A stretch of DNA of 32,000 nt from Candidatus Nanopusillus sp. (GCA_049414405.1 JBMSAQ010000015.1:90001-122000); one strand, 5' to 3'; numbered from the stretch's first letter, positions 1 through 8,242 are shown. Notes: generated by a model from the sequence alone, not told the origin. Made by a program: numbers and translations.

Positions 1-148
1 CAATAAAACTAGCAACTTCTAATACTAAATGTGGATTGTGTGTACCAAATATTCTTGCAACAATATATGGAAAATATATTCCTATTAATGATACAATTAT
101 TAAAAATATTGATGCTATTATTGCATCTAATAATTCATCTAGATCCAT
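1..148 (-). CDS. Partial CDS (first 49 codons, continues past the window start): membrane/secreted protein with an N-terminal hydrophobic helix; last visible gene of the pilin-like operon
   Basis: Not in the ORF track because it is partial. Minus-strand ATG at 146-148, 1 nt after the stop (150-152) of the 309-aa ORF. Hand translation MDLDELLDAIIASIFLIIVSLIGIYFPYIVARIFGTHNPHLVLEVASFI stays open to the window edge. Confidence 0.45.
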   Translation of the reverse strand, partial: MDLDELLDAIIASIFLIIVSLIGIYFPYIVARIFGTHNPHLVLEVASFI

Positions 149-149
149 A

Positions 150-1079
150 TTATTTTGGAATAGTTGCTCCTATATATATGTTAATATCTGCTGTTTTTTT
201 ATCTTTATTACTATATATATCCATATATATTGCTGTTGGTGGTAAAGAGCCTGCAAAATACAATATTGGGAAATCTATCCCAAATATATTTTCAAAAATA
301 TTACCAAACGTGGCAGCTTTTATAATCTCACCTACAAGATTACTATAAGATATTTGAGAGTTTCTTGGAAATCCTGATAATATCACACATTTTGATGGAT
401 TATATGGTAAATTTTGACTTTCATAATCTATATTTTGGTTTGGAGCACAATATATTTTATCACCTCCGACATTTGGAGACGTAAATTTACATCCATTATT
501 ATTACATGTTATTGTAGTATCATTTACTATAGTAAGAACCATTGAAGATGTTGAAAAGAAAAGATCTGTTATACTTATAAAAATTTGAAATTTATTAGAT
601 AAATCTTTATTGGAAGAGTATGCTAGCAAACCAGCATCAACATTTAATCCTTGTATTTTTATATTTATTTCATCTACATTTAAAGATCTTTGCTTTATTA
701 ATTTACAATATTCTAATGCTGGCGCAAATATGACAGTCTTTCCATTATCTACGGTAGAAACATTCCAATAGGCTATTTTAACAGATAATGCACCTACAAC
801 TTGATTTGGAGGTAAACAACGATATAATTGTAAGTACCACCCATCTTTATTTGTCAATACAAAAACATAATTGTAATCATAATTATTTATAAATACTCTT
901 CCATAATTTTTGTTATTTTTGTCATTTATACTATCAGCAATTGAATTTAAATATCCAACGTATCTTGCCTCATCTCCCATTGCTATTCCAATAAACACCA
1001 TAATAATATAAAATATTAAAACTGCCAGTACAATTAATATTATTATATCAAAAATTATTCTAAGAAAATTATTCTTCAT
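150..1079 (-). CDS. Pilin-headed predicted extracellular protein, 309 aa, function unknown
   Basis: ORF track. N-terminus MKNNFLRIIFDIIILIVLAVLIFYIIMVFIGIAMG is a short polar head plus a long hydrophobic helix. The remainder is Asn/Ser/Thr-rich with N-x-S/T sequons and 7 Cys. The ATG lies 1 nt after the stop of the preceding mini-ORF. No enzymatic motif recognised. Confidence 0.6.
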   Translation of the reverse strand: MKNNFLRIIFDIIILIVLAVLIFYIIMVFIGIAMGDEARYVGYLNSIADSINDKNNKNYGRVFINNYDYNYVFVLTNKDGWYLQLYRCLPPNQVVGALSVKIAYWNVSTVDNGKTVIFAPALEYCKLIKQRSLNVDEINIKIQGLNVDAGLLAYSSNKDLSNKFQIFISITDLFFSTSSMVLTIVNDTTITCNNNGCKFTSPNVGGDKIYCAPNQNIDYESQNLPYNPSKCVILSGFPRNSQISYSNLVGEIIKAATFGNIFENIFGIDFPILYFAGSLPPTAIYMDIYSNKDKKTADINIYIGATIPK

Positions 1080-1080
1080 A

Positions 1081-1242
1081 TTATCCCAATCCTGATCGAT
1101 TTAGTAAATCGTATCCAACGTTAGTCGCATTCACTTGCATAGAGTTATTTACTATATTATAATAAAATAATATTGCTAAAACAATTATTACCAATGCTAT
1201 TATTAAAAATATTAAAAAGTTTATTGAATTATTAGCCTCCAT
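1081..1242 (-). CDS. Mini-pilin-like protein, 53 aa (below the ORF-track cutoff)
   Basis: Hand translation of the minus strand: MEANNSINFLIFLIIALVIIVLAILFYYNIVNNSMQVNATNVGYDLLNRSGLG. ATG at 1240-1242 overlaps the end of the 61-aa ORF by 11 nt; stop at 1081-1083. Same head + helix + sequon-rich tail (NNS, NAT, NRS) as the other small paralogs. Confidence 0.55.
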   Translation of the reverse strand: MEANNSINFLIFLIIALVIIVLAILFYYNIVNNSMQVNATNVGYDLLNRSGLG

Positions 1243-1417
1243 AGTTATTTGTATTTATACTATTTACAATATTTGTGCCATTTGTTTGGGGTATACTATT
1301 GAATAAATTTACTCCACCTTTGAAATAAAAGTACATAAACATTACTAATAATACTAAAGCAACTATAAATAATATTACTGCTATTAAAAAGGTATTTACC
1401 TCTGTTTTTTTATCCAT
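1232..1417 (-). CDS. Mini-pilin-like protein, 61 aa
   Basis: ORF track. MDKKTEVNTFLIAVILFIVALVLLVMFMYFYF is a charged head plus hydrophobic helix, followed by an Asn/Thr-rich tail (NGT sequon). Overlaps both flanking mini-ORFs. Confidence 0.6.
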   Translation of the reverse strand: MDKKTEVNTFLIAVILFIVALVLLVMFMYFYFKGGVNLFNSIPQTNGTNIVNSINTNNYGG

Positions 1418-1556
1418 TTCCTCCTATTAATTGATATTTAGCAAATATATTTATATTTAGCCCTATTTTTGGCCCTATTATAATAAAAACAAATATTAAT
1501 ATTAATACAATAAATACTAATGCCAAAATTATCTTTAAAAGCTCCCCTGTTTCCAT
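1410..1556 (-). CDS. Mini-pilin-like / single-pass membrane peptide, 48 aa (below the ORF-track cutoff)
   Basis: Hand translation: METGELLKIILALVFIVLILIFVFIIIGPKIGLNINIFAKYQLIGGNG. ATG at 1554-1556; stop at 1410-1412 overlaps the ATG (1415-1417) of the next ORF by 8 nt. A TTTATAAAT TATA-like element lies 22-30 nt upstream. Confidence 0.5.
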   Translation of the reverse strand: METGELLKIILALVFIVLILIFVFIIIGPKIGLNINIFAKYQLIGGNG

Positions 1557-1586
1557 TATAAATCTAAAAACTTTGTAATTTATAAA

Positions 1587-2798
1587 CTAACTTTCGCCTG
1601 AAATTGCTGTTAATACAATTACCCTATTTCCTCCTTCATACGTATATTGTATTATCATACCATTTGGTAATCTCATATTACCTGGAATAATCATAACCCG
1701 ATCTGGTGAAGGATTACCTTCAGTTGAACTTAGTTGTTTAACATTATCACCTTGACCTTGACCTTGATATACTCTAAATGAATTTACCAATAGTTTATTA
1801 TATACATTTGATGTTTGTGGATTTGATAACATTATTTTACTATTTACATTACTTAATACCCGACATGGAATATTGTCATTACTATTCTTTATTACATTGT
1901 TTCCATACATAACTTCCAATGGGATATAATCATAATATCTCATCATTCCCAACATACACAAAACGTCATTTAATGTAACATTATATTTACTATTATAATC
2001 AAACAATATTAATGCATATTCATTATGATTTCTTGCTATAACTACGCTCTGTCCCAATGTTTCTCCGTATGTATAAAATAAATATTTTGCAATTAAATAT
2101 GTTGCATATAAGTTTTGGCATTCTTCTTTTGTTGGGTTACTACAATATCCTTGTTTTTCTATATATTCTACATATGTTTGATTTAAATCTTTAAGCATTC
2201 TTCTTATTTCAGAATTATCTATGTTACTTAAATTTAAAGCTACTACACCTTGTGGAACTAAATAATATAAAATAGGTGCTTGAATTGCATATGCTAAATT
2301 ATTTAAGAAATAAGATACCATATTTAAACCAATTGTTCCTGCCAATAAACCTTTACCCATCGGATTTAAAAAGACTTTTTTATATGTACCTCCAACATGC
2401 GATGCAATTGTTTTTATTGGAGCTCCTCCAGTATTAAGATCTCTAAATAACAAAGTTACTAAGCCAACTTTATCCTTGGCATATCCAGCACTTTTTAAAA
2501 TCTTTATGTTCTGATTATAATTTGTTTTTACTCCAGAAACTACACCAGCAGCAGTTGTAGCAGCAACAACTCCTAATAATACATCATTTGCAATTGTTGC
2601 AGCATTGGATACTCCCTGTGCCACCGGATTTATCATAAAACTTGTACTTCCAGCCAAAGCATATCCAAATTTTGCCTCTGGTCTACCTGCATAACTAAGA
2701 CCTTTTAATACATTAAAGAAAACTATTATTACAAATATTAGTATAATAATTATAACAATAAGCTCTATTACATTATCACTTATAGATTTCATAACCAT
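1587..2798 (-). CDS. Pilin-headed protein, 403 aa, function unknown; first gene of the operon
   Basis: ORF track. N-terminus MVMKSISDNVIELIVIIIILIFVIIVFFNVL, with an alternative start at Met3 giving MKSISDN, closely matching MKNSISID of the 62-aa mini-pilin. A Gly/Ala-rich hydrophobic segment follows, then an Asn-rich domain with 4 Cys. Confidence 0.65.
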   Translation of the reverse strand: MVMKSISDNVIELIVIIIILIFVIIVFFNVLKGLSYAGRPEAKFGYALAGSTSFMINPVAQGVSNAATIANDVLLGVVAATTAAGVVSGVKTNYNQNIKILKSAGYAKDKVGLVTLLFRDLNTGGAPIKTIASHVGGTYKKVFLNPMGKGLLAGTIGLNMVSYFLNNLAYAIQAPILYYLVPQGVVALNLSNIDNSEIRRMLKDLNQTYVEYIEKQGYCSNPTKEECQNLYATYLIAKYLFYTYGETLGQSVVIARNHNEYALILFDYNSKYNVTLNDVLCMLGMMRYYDYIPLEVMYGNNVIKNSNDNIPCRVLSNVNSKIMLSNPQTSNVYNKLLVNSFRVYQGQGQGDNVKQLSSTEGNPSPDRVMIIPGNMRLPNGMIIQYTYEGGNRVIVLTAISGES

Positions 2799-2997
2799 TT
2801 ATAAAAATTTTGAACTTTATTAAATTTTTTACGATAAACTTCCAACAAATAAATTCAAAAAGCTAAAATAAACATAATATCTGTTTTTTACATGTATGGA
2901 TTGTGTACAAAGCTTATAAAATTTATATAAAAAGGTTTATTTATTTAATAAGTATGAAAATACTTATGTTTTTAAAATTTTATTAAAAGTATATTAT

Positions 2998-4032
2998 ATG
3001 CAACTACGCCAGCGTTTAGATGATATTTTATTAGATGGGGTGGGGAAAAGTGTATGGGGTGGTCTTAGCAAAATTAAAGAAGGAGTTAGTAGATCTATAA
3101 GATATTTAGATGAAAAATTAAAAGAAATAGGAAATAAAACTTATGAAAAACTTAGGGAAACCAAAAATAAAATATCAGAATATATGCCAATAATAAAAGA
3201 TTCTGCAATAGCATCATTACCATATACTACGAAAGTCCTAATTTTGGCAGGATCATCTATGAAAAATACATCTAGAGGTCTTGCGGGTAGGGCTGTTGGA
3301 TATTTACTAATAGGTGCTGGTGCTGCTACCCTTGGATTATTTGTATTATCCGGAATACACGGATTACCATCTCCAAACAATGAAAACATACAATATGTGG
3401 GATCTCCAGATGGGTATCAAGGATTTGTACCAAAAGGTGTAATAAATTACGAAGGACAGACAAATCCCAGGGGTGACTTAATATTAAATGATGGAAGAGT
3501 ATTAAATAATGCAGTATGGCATGGTAAATACTCAGATACAATAATCGAGAACAACAATCAAATAGTTAAATTGAATAATTATTTTGTTGGAAAGATCAAT
3601 CCAGTAAATAATCAGCCATTTGAATATCTACAAGATGTTTATGTAATTAAAGGTCAAGTACCAATTAAAGAAATAACAATAAATGGACAAATACATTATG
3701 TAATAGATGCTAATAAAATACATGAAGCAAATGTGGCAGGATTTTATACATATAAAGAGTGGGTAGATGACTTTGTAGCAGCAATGAATACACCAGGAAC
3801 AACAGCAGCAAGATTACCAGGAGATTCTCCTGTATTTAAATGGACAAATACAATAGGGATTGTAGCATATCAAACAAAAGTGTATCAACAATATTATCCA
3901 TATTTAAGTGGAGGGGCTGTATTAATACAACCTAATGGAACTATAATTCCATATGGAATATTCGGTCCTATTATAGGGGTTAATTTATCAAACTTTGGTC
4001 TTCCTAAACAATTATATAATCCTTCTAGTTAA
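2998..4032 (+). CDS. Predicted type II membrane protein, 344 aa, function unknown
   Basis: ORF track. About 95 aa of charged, helical N-terminus, one hydrophobic span (AVGYLLIGAGAATLGLFVLSGI), then about 225 aa of Asn/Gly/Tyr-rich C-terminal domain. Divergent from the pilin-like operon and convergent with the 860-aa gene. T5/T6 runs follow the stop. Confidence 0.65.
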   Translation: MQLRQRLDDILLDGVGKSVWGGLSKIKEGVSRSIRYLDEKLKEIGNKTYEKLRETKNKISEYMPIIKDSAIASLPYTTKVLILAGSSMKNTSRGLAGRAVGYLLIGAGAATLGLFVLSGIHGLPSPNNENIQYVGSPDGYQGFVPKGVINYEGQTNPRGDLILNDGRVLNNAVWHGKYSDTIIENNNQIVKLNNYFVGKINPVNNQPFEYLQDVYVIKGQVPIKEITINGQIHYVIDANKIHEANVAGFYTYKEWVDDFVAAMNTPGTTAARLPGDSPVFKWTNTIGIVAYQTKVYQQYYPYLSGGAVLIQPNGTIIPYGIFGPIIGVNLSNFGLPKQLYNPSS

Positions 4033-4046
4033 TTTTTAACAATTTT

Positions 4047-6629
4047 TTAAGATATACTCACAACATATGGCACTCCGTATGTTACTATTATCCAATTCAG
4101 ATATATAAAACCAGGTCCGTTTCCAGAACCTGCTGAAATAAATAGATAAGGAGTTCCAACATATACATTTATATCATCTTGTAAATGGTATATACTAACA
4201 GATTGCAATTGTGAAAGACTATTGTACCTTTCTTTAAATCCAAATGTTCCATATACAAAATTATTGTCTACATCATTAAAAGTAAATTCGAAATATCTAT
4301 TCAAAGCATTTTGACGATTTGCTGGTTGATTAAACGCCGTATTATATGCATTTATGTATGATTGTACAAATATAGGTTTTTTAGTTGTTGCACTTATATT
4401 TCCAGGTGGTGCTGGTGGTATTGCATATGCATTTTTCCCATTCCAACTATATTGTACAGATGCAAGAGAATAATTAAATATATTTCCATTCATTAAGAAA
4501 AATATATTTATCTTGTTATTATCAGTAACATCGGTCTGGAACCAATTATATAACCAAAATACACCATATTGATAATATTGTTGATTATTTTTTTGATTTG
4601 GTGGCATAAATGGGAAATAGTTTTCTCCTTCATATCCACGTATATTTCCTGTATTATCTTCTAAGAAATAATAATTCAGCTTAGGACAACCCAAAGGACA
4701 TGTAAGGCTATATAAAGTACTCCACCCAGTTCCCGAATAATAATAGTTCCAATATTGATTATTTGCATTTGTATTTGGATTTTTTGTATATTTTGTAGTT
4801 AAAAAATACCCTATAGTATTGTTATATTGCAATATTCCAACATAATAACCTGCGGTATTTCCCGGTCTTGCACCCCCGGGTACCCATCCATATTCATACA
4901 TAAACATTGGAAAATTAAGTGGTAAATATGTTTCTCCCCCAACCCTTATTCCTATATCTCTATTTCCAATAGAGATACAGTCTCCCGCTATTGAACATAT
5001 TCTATTATTAAGATTATAATCATTATAATGATTTACAGTATTTATCTTTAAATTATTATTATCTGCAATATATGATAATACTACTGCATGCGAAACCAAA
5101 GGACGTGAAACCAAAGGAACAGAATCGTCGAGAGGAGGATCTAACCAAGGTATTCCAGAAAAGTATGCAAATGTTTGTAATCCCAATCCATTTTGCGATT
5201 TAGATAATCTATAAAATGTATTTTTTAAAATATCAGACGTAATTAATGCATAAGATCCTTGTTTTGTTCCATTAACCATTAATAATCCTTTAAAAGGTCT
5301 ATCGATTACAATACTTATTCTAGCTGTTCCGTTTAAATAAACGTTTACATTATTATATGGAGGTAATATATTATTATGTTGAAGTAATATATTGTTATTT
5401 TGATAACATGCTTTATATTTACTAGTATCACAATTATCTGAGGGTATCATCTCTACCCAATATACATTATTATCTGGATATGGATAAAAATTTACATATA
5501 TTGGAAATACATTTAACCCATTATCATATATAACTGCAGAAGATGGTTTATTTGGACTTAAAGCTTCTGGAGCCCCACCAATTGTTCCATTAAAGTATGG
5601 TAATAAGTTTTCATCACTAAATCCAACAAATAATGATACAATATTACAACCAAAATTATTACTATATAATGAAGGAACATTTAATAAATTAATGAAGAAA
5701 TAATAATTCCTATTATGTTCTCCAGCATACCATGAAGGTAATGCATAATATTTACCTTTATAATTAAGTATAAACACTACATTGCTTCCAACATGTGGGG
5801 ATCTTTTAATATAATTACTTAGTGGAGGACCAATTATAACCAATATATTTTGAAAATCATCCATAACGTATCCGCCATTATTTGATAAAGGTATAGCCAA
5901 ATATGTTCCATTAATAATTTTTACATTATTTATTGTATAATCATAATATTTAGAATTTGGATATTGATTTTTATCTAATAAAGATATTGCTGGAGTTATA
6001 TTTATATATAAAGGTTCATTTAAATAGAAATTTTGTATATTTTGACTATTACTTGATTTACATAATATACAAAAATATACAAAACCACCTGCCTGATATG
6101 TTACACGATTATTTCCTACAACACTACATTCATATCTATTTCCCCGATATGTATATGTAACACTATTTCCTTCAAAGGTATTATTTGATAATCTAATTAC
6201 AGATTCTATATCAACATTATTTAATGATTCTATACTATAAGATCTTGAACTAATATTTGTTATATTTTCAGGATTTATTCTTAATACATTAACATTATTA
6301 TTACCCCCGCTATAAGTATTTGTAATATTATAATATATATTCCAATTATCTTGATCTACAATAAATGAAGGAACATATTGTATACTAAATCCATTTTGAT
6401 AGTATATACTTACCATAATTGTTGAATTTATAGTGTTCTGATTATTTCTATCTTCTTTATTTGGGACATCTTTATCTTGTATTGAAATATAATATTGAGA
6501 TGGAGTATAAATATTGTAATATTTAAATATTGAAGTTAAAATAAATATAACCCCAGCTAGAATTATAATAAATATTGGAAGATAATATCCTATAAAAAGC
6601 ATAAGACTATCAAAAATTTTCCCCCTCAT
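4047..6629 (-). CDS. Large pilin-headed Asn/Tyr-rich surface protein, 860 aa (candidate adhesin or cell-envelope protein)
   Basis: ORF track. N-terminus MRGKIFDSLMLFIGYYLPIFIIILAGVIFIL. I counted at least a dozen N-x-S/T sequons by eye. Cys residues occur in closely spaced pairs (FCILC, CDTSKYKAC, CSIAGDC, CPLGC). The ATG overlaps the stop of the 62-aa mini-pilin in an ATGA junction. Confidence 0.8.
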   Translation of the reverse strand: MRGKIFDSLMLFIGYYLPIFIIILAGVIFILTSIFKYYNIYTPSQYYISIQDKDVPNKEDRNNQNTINSTIMVSIYYQNGFSIQYVPSFIVDQDNWNIYYNITNTYSGGNNNVNVLRINPENITNISSRSYSIESLNNVDIESVIRLSNNTFEGNSVTYTYRGNRYECSVVGNNRVTYQAGGFVYFCILCKSSNSQNIQNFYLNEPLYINITPAISLLDKNQYPNSKYYDYTINNVKIINGTYLAIPLSNNGGYVMDDFQNILVIIGPPLSNYIKRSPHVGSNVVFILNYKGKYYALPSWYAGEHNRNYYFFINLLNVPSLYSNNFGCNIVSLFVGFSDENLLPYFNGTIGGAPEALSPNKPSSAVIYDNGLNVFPIYVNFYPYPDNNVYWVEMIPSDNCDTSKYKACYQNNNILLQHNNILPPYNNVNVYLNGTARISIVIDRPFKGLLMVNGTKQGSYALITSDILKNTFYRLSKSQNGLGLQTFAYFSGIPWLDPPLDDSVPLVSRPLVSHAVVLSYIADNNNLKINTVNHYNDYNLNNRICSIAGDCISIGNRDIGIRVGGETYLPLNFPMFMYEYGWVPGGARPGNTAGYYVGILQYNNTIGYFLTTKYTKNPNTNANNQYWNYYYSGTGWSTLYSLTCPLGCPKLNYYFLEDNTGNIRGYEGENYFPFMPPNQKNNQQYYQYGVFWLYNWFQTDVTDNNKINIFFLMNGNIFNYSLASVQYSWNGKNAYAIPPAPPGNISATTKKPIFVQSYINAYNTAFNQPANRQNALNRYFEFTFNDVDNNFVYGTFGFKERYNSLSQLQSVSIYHLQDDINVYVGTPYLFISAGSGNGPGFIYLNWIIVTYGVPYVVSIS

Positions 6630-6814
6630 CTTATTAGATCTGGAATTGATTGATTTGTAATATTATTAAAACTATTATTGATGAAATTGAATGATTGATT
6701 TGATGCTGTATTTCCACCCAAAAATATTTTATATCCAAACATAACTGCTAAAACCAATATAACCAATGCAATAATTAAAATAATTACCATATCTATTGAT
6801 ATGCTATTTTTCAT
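6626..6814 (-). CDS. Mini-pilin-like protein, 62 aa
   Basis: ORF track. MKNSISIDMVIILIIALVILVLAVMFGY, then tail GGNTASNQSFNFINNSFNNITNQSIPDLIR with 4 sequons. Translationally coupled to the 860-aa gene by a 4-nt overlap. Confidence 0.65.
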   Translation of the reverse strand: MKNSISIDMVIILIIALVILVLAVMFGYKIFLGGNTASNQSFNFINNSFNNITNQSIPDLIR

Positions 6815-6846
6815 ATATATCTAAAAAATCTCATTAATTATAAATT

Positions 6847-7287
6847 TTATTCGAAAACTTTCTTTTTATAATAATACAAAATTATTCCAAGATTAGTAAT
6901 TAATATTCCATCTGCTATAAGACAATATATACATATTGAATTAATTAAAAAGAACATAGTATATAATGAAAATATTACAAATATTATACCAATTGACCTA
7001 TAAAATAAATTATAAATTATTTTCAACATTTTCTTATACAACAACAATATCAAAAATAAATCTACTATAAAATATGCAATAGTATAAACTCCCAAAGATA
7101 TCCCAAATAACTTTGAATATGGACTATTCAATACTTTTTCACAATCAATTAATGTATTATCAACAGAACAAAAATATGGTAATGATTTACTTATCAAAAC
7201 CGTATATTCTAGATATACAAATATAATTATACCTATTATTGAGAATATTGTCAATAAAAATAATCTTTTATCAAATTTTAAGTTCAT
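6847..7287 (-). CDS. Vitamin K epoxide reductase (VKOR) family disulfide oxidoreductase
   Basis: 146 aa with about four hydrophobic spans. Loop cysteine pair and conserved Ser region FCSVDNTLIDCEKVLNSPYSKLFGISLG. A CxxC (CIYC) sits inside the last helix. This is the VKOR/DsbB-like signature layout. Confidence 0.7.
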   Translation of the reverse strand: MNLKFDKRLFLLTIFSIIGIIIFVYLEYTVLISKSLPYFCSVDNTLIDCEKVLNSPYSKLFGISLGVYTIAYFIVDLFLILLLYKKMLKIIYNLFYRSIGIIFVIFSLYTMFFLINSICIYCLIADGILITNLGIILYYYKKKVFE

Positions 7288-7340
7288 AAAATATAAATAA
7301 GTATTATAAATTTATAAATTTTTGAATAAATAAACAAAAA

Positions 7341-7901
7341 ATGGGGAAATATTATCATTTATCATTTGAAAAAGAAGAAATTAGCAAAAAAATAAAATTA
7401 GAAAATGAAGAAGATCCATTATTTATTATTAGTTATAATCCATCAGCATATTCTTTTAGATATACATTTCTATTATATTTACTTTTTTGTATATATGGTA
7501 TTGTATTTTCTATTTCAACATACTATAATCCTAATATAATGTCTTTTATTTTATTATTTTTTATTACTTCAATTTTATTCTATATTGCACTTAAATATTA
7601 TGAAGTGGCAAAGAATCGTTATATAATACTTACAAATAAGAGATTAATATTACTTGAAAATGAAAATATAAGGTCAATAGATAATTCATATATAAATAAT
7701 ATAGAAATATATCAAAGTTTATATGAAAGATCTAAAAAATTATATACGATAAAAATTTATACCAGTACACTTTTATTAAATAAAAATGTGAGTTTAATAA
7801 TTGAATTACCATTACTTAAAAAGGAAGATATGGAAAAAATAAGAGAAATTATCCTAAATAATATACCTAAGAGGCCTGAACAGGCGAAACCTGTTCCTTA
7901 A
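7341..7901 (+). CDS. Membrane protein with a bacterial-type PH (bPH_2/DUF304-like) domain
   Basis: Two hydrophobic helices followed by YIILTNKRLILLENENIRSIDNSYINNIEIYQS, the typical 'vTnkRli' start of bPH domains. The 3' end overlaps the L21e gene by 35 nt. Confidence 0.5.
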   Translation: MGKYYHLSFEKEEISKKIKLENEEDPLFIISYNPSAYSFRYTFLLYLLFCIYGIVFSISTYYNPNIMSFILLFFITSILFYIALKYYEVAKNRYIILTNKRLILLENENIRSIDNSYINNIEIYQSLYERSKKLYTIKIYTSTLLLNKNVSLIIELPLLKKEDMEKIREIILNNIPKRPEQAKPVP

Positions 7902-8190
7902 ATTTTTCTAAATGTGCTGGATGAACAATTATAATTTTCTTTTTTCCTTTATCATTTACTAAAACTTCATAACAACTTCCCCTCTTTCCCAAAATTATTC
8001 CAATCATTCCATGATATTTTGGATGTGGCATTGTTTTATTATATGAAGGATCTATCTTTATTACAACCTTATCGTTTATATTAAATTCTTGTAATATTTT
8101 CCTTATCTTTATTTTACCATGTTCTCTTATATGTAATGATAATTTATCTCTTGATTTCCTTCTCAACCCCTTTCCCTTTCTTGCAGTCAT
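7867..8190 (-). CDS. rpl21e: 50S ribosomal protein L21e
   Basis: MTARKGKGLRRKSRDKLS...PKYHGMIGIILGKRGSCYEVLVNDKGKKKIIIVHPAHL matches the L21e family pattern and length. Confidence 0.9.
   Translation of the reverse strand: MTARKGKGLRRKSRDKLSLHIREHGKIKIRKILQEFNINDKVVIKIDPSYNKTMPHPKYHGMIGIILGKRGSCYEVLVNDKGKKKIIIVHPAHLEKFKEQVSPVQAS
7878..7896. terminator. GC-rich perfect hairpin GAACAGG-CGAAA-CCTGTTC in the convergent overlap of two genes (possible bidirectional terminator or RNA-stability element)
   Basis: 7-bp stem and 5-nt loop read directly from the sequence. It stands out in the AT-rich context and sits inside the last codons of both convergent ORFs. Confidence 0.3.
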
Positions 8191-8242
8191 TAAATTAAAA
8201 GTTCATGATATATTTTTAAATAATATTTAAAAAGATATATAA

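Noticed and set aside
28-2912. A shared G-rich 10-mer TGGATTGTGT with similar flanks at 32-41 (inside the partial minus-strand ORF, encoding FGTHNPHL) and 2896-2905 (intergenic, where the minus strand would read FVHNPYM*).
   Set aside because: Only about 20 of 24 positions match. The intergenic copy is open for just about 14 codons, with stops on both sides. It may be a tiny relic or chance, and is not enough to call a repeat or pseudogene.
5092-5118. A 15-nt tandem duplication (gaaaccaaagga-cgt-gaaaccaaagga) inside the 860-aa gene.
   Set aside because: It is in-frame, has only two copies, and simply encodes PLVSRPLVS. I noted it under the 860-aa finding rather than as an independent element.
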